DNA of 64,000 bases from Giardia intestinalis (taxonomy: Eukaryota), in the NCBI GenBank assembly GCA_000002435.2, contig CM018793.1. One strand, given 5' to 3'. Positions 23,054 to 32,555 of this stretch are shown piece by piece. Both the position numbers and the translations under genes were made by a program. The stretch's first letter is position 1. Every line of letters begins with the position of its first letter. The notes beneath the pieces are model-generated. The model saw only the letters and a program-made list of their open reading frames with translations. It searched no databases and was not told where the DNA came from.

Positions 23054-24805
23054 CTATGCCTTTCCGCGGCACAGGAACCACCAACACAAGAAGCCCACAA
23101 GACCACCAACAACAACAATCACAGCAACAGAGATGCCCGCGATCGCGCCGGTAGAAAGGCCACTCTTGTTGACGCTTCCGCCGTTGTCAGTGCCATCCAT
23201 CTTCACATAGCAGGTGACAGAACCGCTATCACCAGATGGTGGAGCACAACTCACGCAATTGGTCACGCCAGTAATTTGGCTGTCACTAGCATCACACTTC
23301 ACACACTTTGTTCCAGACTTATAGTACCCAGAGAAGCAAGTTTGACACTGCTGTGTCTGTCCTGCTGCGCACGTCTTGCAGGTGGAGTCGCACAGCGGGC
23401 ACACTCCGGTCCCGCTGTTTGGGTTTTGTCCATTCGCACATGTTTGGCATTTCCCTCCACTGTCAGTCGTGCAGATGCTTTTCCCGGGGAGCCTCGTCGT
23501 CTGGTAGCACCCGCCCTCCTGGATGAAGTATCCGGCGGCGCAGGCCGTGCAGGCACCGTCAGCGGCAGTGGTGCAGAACCGAGTCCTGGCCGCATTGCTC
23601 GTGCAGACGCCATTGAGCGGCACGTTGCTCCCCTTGCACTTCGAGCAGTACTTGGTACCTCCAATTGTTAGGCCGCACGTCTCGCACTCTGGACCCTCCA
23701 CGCATTGCTCCACGCACGTGCCGTCTGTAGGATTGCTCTCGTCGGCGTACCTCAGCATCTTCCCGGCGGGACAGGCCGTGCACTTGGAAGCGCCGGCCCC
23801 GCTGCACTCCGCACAGGAGGGGTCGCAGGGCCCGCACGTTTGCCCAACCGCGTACGACCCGGCCGGACAAGACGCCAAGCAAGCGTTCTTCTCTGGAGTG
23901 AGGAAGTAGTTACCTTGGCACTTTGTGCACGTCTGCTTGTCATCCGAGCACACCTCGCAGTTGGGGAGATTGCAATCAGGGGCGGGGACTCCGTCGCATG
24001 TGTTAGTCTCAGAGTTTGGTGTTCCCTGAGGGCACGCGGTGTAGCATCCTCCGCTGTAGAGGTAGGTGCTCCCCTGGCACGCCTTGCAGGTCCCGTCGGG
24101 GGCGTCCTGCGGCGTGCACTTGTCCTGCCCGTCCTTCGCCTGGCACGCCCCCTCGACCGGGACGTGGGTGGCCTGGCACTTCACACAGCGGGTGCCTGCG
24201 TCCTTCTTCTCACACTTTACGCAGGAGGCTTCACAGGGTTGGCAGACCCCGGCATCTGCATAGGTCCCGTCGGGGCACGCGGCGTAGCATCCTCCGCTGT
24301 AGAGGTAGGTGCTCCCCTGGCACGCCTTGCAGGTCCCGTCGGGGGCGTCCTGCGGCGTGCACTTGTCCTGCCCGTCCTTCGCCTGGCACGCCCCCTCGAC
24401 CGGGACGTGGGTGGCCTGGCACTTCACACAGCGGGTGCCTGCGTCCTTCTTCTCACACTTTACGCAGGAGGCTTCACAGGGTTGGCAGACCCCGGCATCT
24501 GCATAGGTCCCGTCGGGGCACGCGGCGTAGCATCCTCCGCTGTAGAGGTAGGTGCTCCCCTGGCACGCCTTGCAGGTCCCGTCGGGGGCGTCCTGCGGCG
24601 TGCACTTGTCCTGCCCGTCCTTCGCCTGGCACGCCCCCTCGACCGGGACGTGGGTGGCCTCGCATTTTGTGCAAACCTCTTTTTGCTGGCCATTTATATT
24701 GACATCTAGACAGTTATTTCCAGATGCACAATTTTGAGAGTTGGTGCACGATTTTGGATCTGCAAGCGCCAAGTAAGCGAATGCTAAACCTGCCAAGTAC
24801 AACAT
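23054..24805 (-). CDS. Variant-specific surface protein (VSP), 583 aa from first ATG
   Basis: The track ORF 23054..24826 begins with GTG. The first ATG gives MLYLAGLAFAYLALA, a signal peptide. The mature protein is rich in CxxC motifs and contains a GGCY motif. It ends with a TM helix and the invariant Giardia VSP tail ...FLCRGKA followed by a stop. AGTAAAC lies 8-9 nt after the TAG. Confidence 0.9.
   Translation of the reverse strand: MLYLAGLAFAYLALADPKSCTNSQNCASGNNCLDVNINGQQKEVCTKCEATHVPVEGACQAKDGQDKCTPQDAPDGTCKACQGSTYLYSGGCYAACPDGTYADAGVCQPCEASCVKCEKKDAGTRCVKCQATHVPVEGACQAKDGQDKCTPQDAPDGTCKACQGSTYLYSGGCYAACPDGTYADAGVCQPCEASCVKCEKKDAGTRCVKCQATHVPVEGACQAKDGQDKCTPQDAPDGTCKACQGSTYLYSGGCYTACPQGTPNSETNTCDGVPAPDCNLPNCEVCSDDKQTCTKCQGNYFLTPEKNACLASCPAGSYAVGQTCGPCDPSCAECSGAGASKCTACPAGKMLRYADESNPTDGTCVEQCVEGPECETCGLTIGGTKYCSKCKGSNVPLNGVCTSNAARTRFCTTAADGACTACAAGYFIQEGGCYQTTRLPGKSICTTDSGGKCQTCANGQNPNSGTGVCPLCDSTCKTCAAGQTQQCQTCFSGYYKSGTKCVKCDASDSQITGVTNCVSCAPPSGDSGSVTCYVKMDGTDNGGSVNKSGLSTGAIAGISVAVIVVVGGLVGFLCWWFLCRGKA
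24005..24700. repeat. 243-bp (81-codon) tandem repeat, ~2.7 copies, inside the VSP coding region; copies 2 and 3 are identical
   Basis: Track ORFs at 24066, 24309 and 24552 (+) and at 24231/24474 (-) give identical peptides spaced exactly 243 nt apart. On the coding strand the unit ATHVPVEGACQAKDGQDKCTPQDAPDGTCKACQGSTYLYSGGCYAACPDGTYADAGVCQPCEASCVKCEKKDAGTRCVKCQ is repeated. Confidence 0.85.
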
Positions 24806-26777
24806 TGCCCGCCGAATCACGCTCACACTAAGGGGCGATCAGATAGCAGTGGAAGCCGCCTCCACCGGGCCGCATGCATCCTTCAGCGTATCGCTGTGAG
24901 CACGCCGCAGTGTAGAACAAGAAGGCATTGGTGCTTTTCTGCGGTACCCAAGGACTGACAGCTGACTGGTGCCCTACTCAAGAGCATCCTATCGAGGCCA
25001 TCTGTTGCAGGCGGGCGTGGCTTGTGTATCGTTAAAGCCGCCATAATGTCGTGCCCTACAAGCTTTGGAAAAGTGTATAGCCCGCATGTGCATCATCCGT
25101 CAATTTGCTCTGCTAGGAGGTAGACAGCACTCATAAAGCGGGCTCCACTACCAAGGACCCTCTTCGAGAAAGGCATAGACGAACTTGAGGAGGCCTTCCA
25201 AGATAGCCAGGTTCTGCACTAATAGGCAGCGATGACGTTGGCACAGGAGATGCAGAATGTGACATGGCCTCACGACATGGCACATGAACATTTTAACACT
25301 GCCCACAAGGAAAGTCCATTGCGATAGTATGCATTGATATGTAAATGTTGTTGCTAGGCTCTTTGGTCGTGAGAAGATATTAGCCTCCTTTCTCAGTGAC
25401 GCGACTGTTCGATGCAGATCCTACACGAACAGCTTCTTCACTTTCGGGCGACACTCACTGAGTCCGCTTAGACGCTCTAACATCTCTGCCCGCCTGGGCA
25501 GGCGAAATACATGGATCCTTGGCCGTTCTAGGCAGGTGCCGCTGTGCCTCACCCCATTCGGCTGCTCGCTCCTCACGCCTTAGCATATTTGGCTGCAGCG
25601 CTGTAGGATCTGGGATACACCTTTGAGCGGCGCACAGCGTGCCGGGCACCTGGCCAAGCTTCACAAAAGACCCATGACAGCCAAAATGCGCAGCTCCGGA
25701 TCTATTCTCCTACGGACTCGGCGCACTCAGAGGGAAGGCTGCCGCAAGGTAGCTGGCCACGCCTCTTTATCTCCAGTGTCTTGTGGCTGATACATTGCTG
25801 CATCTTCTATCCAAGCAGCCAGCACGTGTCCGGAGTAACAAAGCATTCTATTGAGGAAACTTCTGTGTCAGGTAGCACCGCCATAGTAGCTTTTTTCATA
25901 TAGAAGAGCATCAAAGGTATCCCTGATAACCACAGACCCACATAGGCTTCAGCGTCATCATGGCCAGCAGCCAGTGCATCGTACCCTGTTTTTAACACGG
26001 CTAAACGTGTCAGAATGCTTACCGTACATCCATGAGCGGGTTGCATAGATAAAGTTCCTCTGACTTACGACTATAATTCTAAGTGGTGCACCGCGCTGCA
26101 AAGGTCGTCTGAGGACGGTGTGCCTCAAACGTCCTAACTCACTATACAGTTGCACCTAATCCCCCTGACCATTAAGTCGATAGGTCTGAACCGCTGGTCA
26201 CGTACTCCAAGATTAGGCGGCAGACGGCTTGAACTTCTATGACATCTCGCAGCTGGACTTACTGATTCAGACTTTCCATTCTGAGCTGGCGTGCTGCACT
26301 TAGTCCTGCACGCGTAAGATCCTCCGGTCACAAGTTCGCAGACAGTGAGAACCAGCCAAAAAGCCACGGGAAAAGAGAGTGAGGACTCAATGGTTCTAAT
26401 CCTTCCAAGGTACAACCGCTGAGTTACAGTTGTCTTGTAATAAAACCTGCATATACTCGCTGCACTGTATCAAATACTAGCGATCGTTGGATAACCACAA
26501 TTCTTCCACCCTTTGAGGTCTTAGTCCAGCTTATCTTTGTCCAATGTCCAGTGACCGGACGTGTTGTTCGACAGTGCTTTCTGGTCACGCTATTCACTTA
26601 ATAAGTTATTTCGTCGCGGAGAAACGTACTCAGTAACACAAAAAAGGTCATACAATGCGTACTGAAGTCAGGATCAATTGCATATATGCAAAGCTTATCT
26701 CTAAGCTCACATGATGATTGAAAAAAAGCTCACTAGCACTGGCACGGAAATAATATAGGAAAAGCAGCAAAGGCATA

Positions 26778-27542
26778 CTATAGGGTGAAGATTTTTGCTT
26801 TCGTGAAAAAATCATCGGCTTCACTTTGGCTTATGTCGTGCTGATATGAATCAAAGTTCTCGCCGTCATATGGCTCATCGAAATCACATCCGAGGCTCAG
26901 CTCGCTCATGTTTTCCTCACAGGACTCAGCTGGAGATGCTTTTATTATGAAGAGCAGAACAGTCGAGCGCTCTGCAGAGTAGAATATGAAGTTGTGACTC
27001 CACACTCCATCTGTGTCTTCAAATGGGTAGTAAGGCGAAGGATCTACCGTGTAGACAGAGGAAGCGTCGGCAGGTGCAATATCTGTTAGTGCGAGCCACA
27101 GCGACGGACGTATTGCGCTGTAGTCTGACAGAGTACTGATCAATGTGCTGTCAATTACTGTTTGACAGACGCTATAGGGAACCCAAAAGAACCGAGACGG
27201 CTGAATCAATGTGAAATCAAAGTGAGGATATGCCTGAGAAAGTGCCCGAATAACCTGTAAATATATCTGCCGCGTAGCTGGATTGTTAAGATTTTCTTCT
27301 GTAAATGCTGATGTAATCGAAGAGTTAAGAGATCCAAACGGCGATTGGGACTCTACGCTGCTTCCATAACTTCGTGCCATCTGTATTTGAAATTCTGCGT
27401 CTCTGTCTTGTTCAGAAGACGTAGCCTGAGACACTCGAAACCCATACAGCTCTATCCGTGTTGTGATAACAAGCCCATTACATGATAAGCGCGAGATGCT
27501 CTCCGACAGCACCTTAAGATCTGGTGCATCTATATACCGCAT
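26778..27542 (-). CDS. MAF1: Maf1-like RNA polymerase III repressor (254 aa)
   Basis: The N-terminal box LSCNGLVITTRIELYGFRV resembles the Maf1 A-box (IIGRIESYSCK). PHFDFTLIQPSRF resembles the Maf1 PDYDFS box. WSHNFIFYSAE resembles the Maf1 C-box WSFNYFFYNKK. There is an acidic C-terminal tail. The length matches Maf1 (~250 aa). Confidence 0.6.
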   Translation of the reverse strand: MRYIDAPDLKVLSESISRLSCNGLVITTRIELYGFRVSQATSSEQDRDAEFQIQMARSYGSSVESQSPFGSLNSSITSAFTEENLNNPATRQIYLQVIRALSQAYPHFDFTLIQPSRFFWVPYSVCQTVIDSTLISTLSDYSAIRPSLWLALTDIAPADASSVYTVDPSPYYPFEDTDGVWSHNFIFYSAERSTVLLFIIKASPAESCEENMSELSLGCDFDEPYDGENFDSYQHDISQSEADDFFTKAKIFTL

Positions 27543-27604
27543 TAGTCGATGCTGCAGGATGCTTGTAGTTTTTTGAGGGTTGCTAATTTTAATCCTAAAC
27601 CCTA

Positions 27605-28231
27605 ATGGAGCAAGAGCAGCGCCTTCTCGAGGTCTGCAGAACCCTAGATGTTAATTTTAACCGTCTCATAGAGCTGCCTAGAGGCGAGCAGGAATTTGAG
27701 TGGATTGCCTATCACATGTCATTATTCTTTAAGCACACCAAGCGGCTGTCTGCCATTACCTCATCCTTCTGTACATCCAATACATGCCCATCCATGTCTA
27801 TTTCTGAAACTCAAGACGTGATTGTATGTGTCGTTGAGACAGACGAGGGAAATTGCGATGATCTAGATAGCAGTGACATGGCTTCACCTGCCCACAAAAA
27901 TGGGCGCAGCATGTCTGCCCTTGAATACACAAACTCCGTACTATCATGGTACATCAACAAGCTGAGAGACCCGGAGCTTTTTCCCGTCGATTCTGCAAAC
28001 CAGTACCCCGAAGATTTCAAGAATAGATGTCGCCACATGCTACGCCGCCTTCTACACATTTACTTCCATGTGTACTTCAACCACTTTGGGATAGTTTTCA
28101 GGCATTTCCTCTTGTACTATAACACTTCCTTTCGCTATATGGTGGAATTTGGAGTACGCTATGACATCTTACGTGATGCAGACCTGCTTCCTATGGCCGC
28201 GGCTATTAACCACTGGAAATCTATGGCCTGA
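27605..28231 (+). CDS. MOB1: MOB kinase activator (Mob1/phocein family), 208 aa
   Basis: LPRGEQEFEWIAYHMSLFFKHTKRLSAITSSFCTSNTCPSMS aligns with human MOB1 [42 protein letters not shown]. The downstream LFP...F...HIYFHVYFNHF Zn/His cluster is also present. Start is a true ATG. It is divergent from MAF1 across a 62-bp spacer. Confidence 0.85.
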   Translation: MEQEQRLLEVCRTLDVNFNRLIELPRGEQEFEWIAYHMSLFFKHTKRLSAITSSFCTSNTCPSMSISETQDVIVCVVETDEGNCDDLDSSDMASPAHKNGRSMSALEYTNSVLSWYINKLRDPELFPVDSANQYPEDFKNRCRHMLRRLLHIYFHVYFNHFGIVFRHFLLYYNTSFRYMVEFGVRYDILRDADLLPMAAAINHWKSMA

Positions 28232-28349
28232 GTGAGCCCACCTCGTCGAGATTTAACCCACTGAAAGGAAAAATAAAGAAGAACATAGGGATTTTTTCGC
28301 ATCTTTGCTACTCTATTTCCTCTTTGAATCCTGCGTCTCTTTCGACGTC

Positions 28350-29189
28350 ATGGATCATATCGTGGCCCTCTTTGACGCAAATTTGACTTCGTACACCTCA
28401 GAAGACTTTACTGAATCGCAGGTGTTGGACTTGGTAGATGCAACCGTGTCTTGGTTGAGTGCCCACAGACAGTCTTCTCCTTATGCCATTTGGAACTTGT
28501 ATGGCTTCTCGACCAATGTCCTGCACTCTTGTTCTAGCTATAGCATTATTAACGAGAAGCTTGCTGGGGAACTCCAGGCCCCAGAAGCAGTCAGGCGCTC
28601 GTTGGGAGAAGCCCTTCGCTACTGCCCCCAAGCCACATCAGTGACCGGGCTTGCGCTTCTCTCGGCTATTGCTGCTGTGGCGCGTGTTCAAAGTATTGTG
28701 AGTTCCCTTTCCGAATCTAGCGGCATCAACATGATGTACCATGGGCGCATTCTTATTATAACAGCGTCTGGTGTACAAGATTCTGAAGTCGTTAATTCAG
28801 CACTCTTTTCAGCGAAGCGGTTTAATGTCAAGATAGATATCGTCTCACTGACCACCATCCCCGACGTTAACATCTTCTTGAGGCAGGTCGCCTACCTAAC
28901 GGCCAGCAAGTTTTCCAATGTGCCGAAGCCCAAGGCTTCCGGTAGTAGTGTCTCCTACTTCACTACGCACATCTTCAAGGCTTCTCCTGCTGCTGAGTGG
29001 AGGTCGCTACAGCTCAATGATGGTGCTAGCGCCGGAATGTACCATCGGGAAAAGCGGCTTGACTTCATGGGAGAGTGCAGTGTTTGTCATGCTAACATAA
29101 GCCATGGGATTGCCTGTGCTGTCTGCTTCACTCTTCAGTGTGATACTTGCTTCAACGGCTCTTGCCCCACTTGTCCTGCTACAGTGTAA
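28350..29189 (+). CDS. TFIIH subunit p34/Tfb4-like (VWA-like domain plus C-terminal zinc finger), 279 aa from first ATG
   Basis: The track ORF starts at TTG 28305; the first ATG is at 28350 (MDHIVALFDANLTSY). IVALFDANLTSY resembles p34 LVIVVDANPIWW. RILIITASGVQDSEV resembles SRILVIKAAEDS. FNVKIDIVSL and LRQVAYLTASKFSNVPKP resemble NILIDACVL...LQQACDITGGLYLKVPQ. The C-terminal CSVCHANISHGIACAVCFTLQCDTCFNGSCPTCP zinc cluster resembles the p34 C4 finger. Confidence 0.7.
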   Translation: MDHIVALFDANLTSYTSEDFTESQVLDLVDATVSWLSAHRQSSPYAIWNLYGFSTNVLHSCSSYSIINEKLAGELQAPEAVRRSLGEALRYCPQATSVTGLALLSAIAAVARVQSIVSSLSESSGINMMYHGRILIITASGVQDSEVVNSALFSAKRFNVKIDIVSLTTIPDVNIFLRQVAYLTASKFSNVPKPKASGSSVSYFTTHIFKASPAAEWRSLQLNDGASAGMYHREKRLDFMGECSVCHANISHGIACAVCFTLQCDTCFNGSCPTCPATV

Positions 29190-29224
29190 ATAGAGCCTTA
29201 TTATCCCTTTCAGTAAAAAGCCCG

Positions 29225-32200
29225 ATGCCCAAACAGTTAACCCTGGATTTCTTTGTTCGTAAACATCCTCAGTCTTCGGGGAGAACTGTCATAGATTCAG
29301 AATCTGCAGAGCCTATACCTGTGCCGGTAAAGACAGAAGATGAGGCAACCATGAAATCTGTCGCATCTTTCGCTGACAGACAAAAGCCTTCCACTCCGCA
29401 ATGCCAAACACAGGTATTCATAGCAGAGCCTTTAATCAGACGTGTTAGGCCCGGCCTAGAAGCATTTCGAGCCCAGCCAACCGCCAGTTTAACTAGTGCC
29501 AGCGCCAGTCCCAGTCCTAGAGGCTTCAGCACTCCAGGAGCAAGTCCACAACAAGGTCATCTGAAAGCAAGCGCATCTCCTCTTCACTCTTCTATTCCTC
29601 AGAAAAACCTCTCTTCTAAAAGGCGAGCAGCGTCGACCAGTGAAGAAAGCCATGATGACATTAGAAGCCCCAACCAAGGCAAGCAAGCTCCAACTACAGG
29701 ATTCACTAGACAGTACGCGTCTATCCGCAAAAGACTTGATAGTAATACCGTGCTATACATCCGGAAGGGTCGCTTCTTTGAACTTTACGAACAAGACAGT
29801 ATCTTTGGCAATGTTACCATGGGGCTAAAGCTAACCAGGCACGCCTCGTCTATGAGTATGTGCGGCGTTCCCGACTATATGTTGGACAAATATATCAAAC
29901 TGACCTTAGATTCTGGGAAGCGGGCAGCTATAGCTGACGAAATGCCAGAAATGGATAAAGTAGAGAAGGTGCAGAAACGACAAGTCATTGCAGTATATTC
30001 ACCTGGAAGCGTATCATCTGCATTGCTACTTGGAACTCAGTATGGAATACTTTACATTGAGGATAGAGGATCGGCAGACTCCGACTCAAAATATCTGCAA
30101 TTTTACGACCCGCTACGTCGCCTCATTTTAGTTAAGTCAGAGCCCTGCACGATGGGGGAGGTAATAGCTTTGATACAGCGTCTTTCTCCTGCTGAGATAG
30201 TTATCAGCTCGTGTGTCTATGAGCTAGTTCGTGCTCAGCTTTCGGTATATTTTCTAGGGCCAATCTACGCGTACAATAATCTTTATGCCACTGTTTGCTC
30301 TACCAATCTCTTGTGGGACATCTCTTTGGATGCGCTTGAATCTTGTGCTAACATTTCTTCAGCCTTTCGGTATTATCTAAATTATTTATTGGCAACTGAT
30401 AAGCGGTTAACGCCCATACAGCAAGGAGACATCGCCGAGTATCTCACTAACATCACGTTGAGTGGCATATTCCGGCTGCCTCAAAACTCGTCGCCCATAG
30501 CAACATTACCCATGCTCACCCTGTCATCTCTAGGTATCCTACCTCTCTGTTCTGCAGATAGCCTTGCTAGATTCGAAGCCGTCGACTCTAGTGTTTTTGA
30601 AGTCTATAACAATTGCGTAACACGAGATGGCTCCCAAATGCTGAAGATGTGGCTAATGAACCCGTTATATGACGTAGAAACAATCCAGTTGAGACAAAAT
30701 GCTATTAAACTTTTTGCCGACAGCGTGAACCACAAGCATGTAGAGGCAGTTCTCACTTCTCTCAAAGCAGTAGGAACTAGTCTATATTACCTTGTGCTAG
30801 GGTGTCGATCCAACTGTCACTTTAACTCCTTCAATGTTCTAGAGCAATCCACTCTCAGCAACAGGCTATTTGTGCAGCTGCTTGTGACCATTATTCGAAC
30901 GTGTTCGGCAGCAGAAGCTTTACACACGCTTCTAGGCTCCAACGAAAAGAATGTGCAGTCAAATGAGATGCTGAGGCATTTCTCGTCATCCAACAGTTGT
31001 TGGAAGTTTCTTGAAACATTGTACAATAAAGTCGCAAGCATGTTTGAGGTAGATACTCCCCAGACAATGCTCAGAAAAGATTTTAAGTTGAGTGCCAACA
31101 GTAACGAGCCTAACCTTCAAATAGTAGACGCATTACTGGACAGAATAGAGCAGCGATATGTGGAATATCTCAATACGCTGGCTCAAACACATAGGCTATC
31201 TCCCAGCCTCAAGGACTACCCACTGACTGCCCTCACTCCAGCAACCAGCACCGCTAAGGTGTACACATTTAGCCCCTTTCCTGACCGGCACCTAGTCATT
31301 GGAGACTCTCTAATTCCCCTTGCTAAGCAATCACATTTTGCTAGGATAGAAGGAATAACACAGATCAGCAGCACTAAGACAGCTGGCCGCTTTTCTGTCC
31401 TTGACCCGCTCCCGAATGAAACGATAGCTGCTGCAAATCTTGCCACAAGAGCCACCGAAAGTCAGTCGCAATACAACCAACAGGCGTTGTGCCGTCTCCT
31501 TGGTGTGGATGTTACCGTTGATGGTGCTACACAAGGCACAAGAGCCAAAGTAAAACTTCTCATCCAGGCTCTCGACAAGGTGGCTTTCAGAAGACTCTTG
31601 GAGCTTGAGAGCTTCTTGCTGCGACGGAAGAATTCCATTCTCAATACACTGAAGCTAGATCTTCTGGTTTTTCTTTTCGAGCATGAGGACATGATTCGGG
31701 AAATGTGCTCTATCTTCTCCCAGGTGGATGTTTTGTGCTGCTTTTCTAAGTTGTCTCGAATATACGCACATGTACCATGGTCCTACCCACTCTTTCAGCC
31801 ACCAGTCCACGAACAAGAGCATATACTAGACATTAGCAAGGCCTATCATCCAATTGCACTTAAACTCAGCCAAGCACGTCTCAAGGCATGGGTGCCTCTC
31901 GATTGCAACTTCCAGAATAACAAAATGCTTGTCCTCACCGGGTGTAACATGTCTGGAAAGTCCACTGCGATGAGATTGATCGGGATTGCTGTTCTATTGG
32001 CACAGATTGGTGCACCCTTGCCTTGCTCCGGTATGGTCTTAACGCCATATAACACAATCCTCGCCAAGATAGGAAATGAAGAAGATATCCGCTCCACTTT
32101 TCAAAAGGAAACCGCCGACTGTGCAGAGCTACTCCAAGAGGCCTTACGTCCCGATGCCCGATCCCTTTTTCTTCTCGATGAATTTGGACGTGGCACCGAT

Positions 32201-32545
32201 TCGACCACGGGTGACGCGCTTGCGGAAGCTGTCTGCAGGCAGCTGACTCAGCTGAATCTTCGGGCCGTTGTATCCACACATAGTCCGCTAATGGCCCTCA
32301 AGCTTGAACAAGACAAACAGGTCCGACTTTGTCACATGAGTTATGAAATAACGGCCTCAGGAATCCAGTTTAAGCATACTCTTTGTCACGGTCTTTGCAC
32401 TCGCTCATTTGGTTCGCAAGTGGCAAGGTTGGCAGGCTTCCCCACAGAGCTACTTGAGCAGTGCGACAAGCATACACGAGGGTTCATTTACTCTTGTATC
32501 CTTTCTACAATGGAAGCTGTCGAGGATATGTTGGGGCAGAAGTAG
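29225..32545 (+). CDS. MutS homolog, MSH6-like mismatch-repair ATPase with N-terminal PIP box (1106 aa from first ATG)
   Basis: The track ORF starts at TTG 29147; the first ATG is at 29225. A PIP-like motif QLTLDFF lies at residues 4-10. Mismatch-binding domain I is present (GFTRQYASIRKRLDSNTVLYIRKGRFFELYEQD, with a Phe-x-Glu-like GRFFE). Walker A TGCNMSGKST is present. The region LLDEFGRGTDSTTGDALAEAV...STHSPL holds Walker B, the ST motif and the conserved His. Confidence 0.85.
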   Translation: MPKQLTLDFFVRKHPQSSGRTVIDSESAEPIPVPVKTEDEATMKSVASFADRQKPSTPQCQTQVFIAEPLIRRVRPGLEAFRAQPTASLTSASASPSPRGFSTPGASPQQGHLKASASPLHSSIPQKNLSSKRRAASTSEESHDDIRSPNQGKQAPTTGFTRQYASIRKRLDSNTVLYIRKGRFFELYEQDSIFGNVTMGLKLTRHASSMSMCGVPDYMLDKYIKLTLDSGKRAAIADEMPEMDKVEKVQKRQVIAVYSPGSVSSALLLGTQYGILYIEDRGSADSDSKYLQFYDPLRRLILVKSEPCTMGEVIALIQRLSPAEIVISSCVYELVRAQLSVYFLGPIYAYNNLYATVCSTNLLWDISLDALESCANISSAFRYYLNYLLATDKRLTPIQQGDIAEYLTNITLSGIFRLPQNSSPIATLPMLTLSSLGILPLCSADSLARFEAVDSSVFEVYNNCVTRDGSQMLKMWLMNPLYDVETIQLRQNAIKLFADSVNHKHVEAVLTSLKAVGTSLYYLVLGCRSNCHFNSFNVLEQSTLSNRLFVQLLVTIIRTCSAAEALHTLLGSNEKNVQSNEMLRHFSSSNSCWKFLETLYNKVASMFEVDTPQTMLRKDFKLSANSNEPNLQIVDALLDRIEQRYVEYLNTLAQTHRLSPSLKDYPLTALTPATSTAKVYTFSPFPDRHLVIGDSLIPLAKQSHFARIEGITQISSTKTAGRFSVLDPLPNETIAAANLATRATESQSQYNQQALCRLLGVDVTVDGATQGTRAKVKLLIQALDKVAFRRLLELESFLLRRKNSILNTLKLDLLVFLFEHEDMIREMCSIFSQVDVLCCFSKLSRIYAHVPWSYPLFQPPVHEQEHILDISKAYHPIALKLSQARLKAWVPLDCNFQNNKMLVLTGCNMSGKSTAMRLIGIAVLLAQIGAPLPCSGMVLTPYNTILAKIGNEEDIRSTFQKETADCAELLQEALRPDARSLFLLDEFGRGTDSTTGDALAEAVCRQLTQLNLRAVVSTHSPLMALKLEQDKQVRLCHMSYEITASGIQFKHTLCHGLCTRSFGSQVARLAGFPTELLEQCDKHTRGFIYSCILSTMEAVEDMLGQK

Positions 32546-32555
32546 GATGTTCAAG

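Noticed and set aside
23705-24709. Long plus-strand ORFs (334 aa, 228 aa and several 61-65 aa copies) antisense to the VSP gene
   Set aside because: They are open only because the GC-rich 243-bp repeat lacks stop codons in several frames. The products are Arg/Pro/Gly-rich low-complexity repeats with no start context. The minus-strand VSP, with signal peptide, CxxC pattern and CRGKA tail, explains the region.
21125-26777. Possibility that the GC-rich island is an rDNA or retrotransposon (GilM/GilT) copy
   Set aside because: Giardia rRNA is far more GC-rich and has characteristic conserved blocks that are not seen here. No reverse-transcriptase, endonuclease or long ORF is present. This cannot be excluded for decayed elements without a database search.
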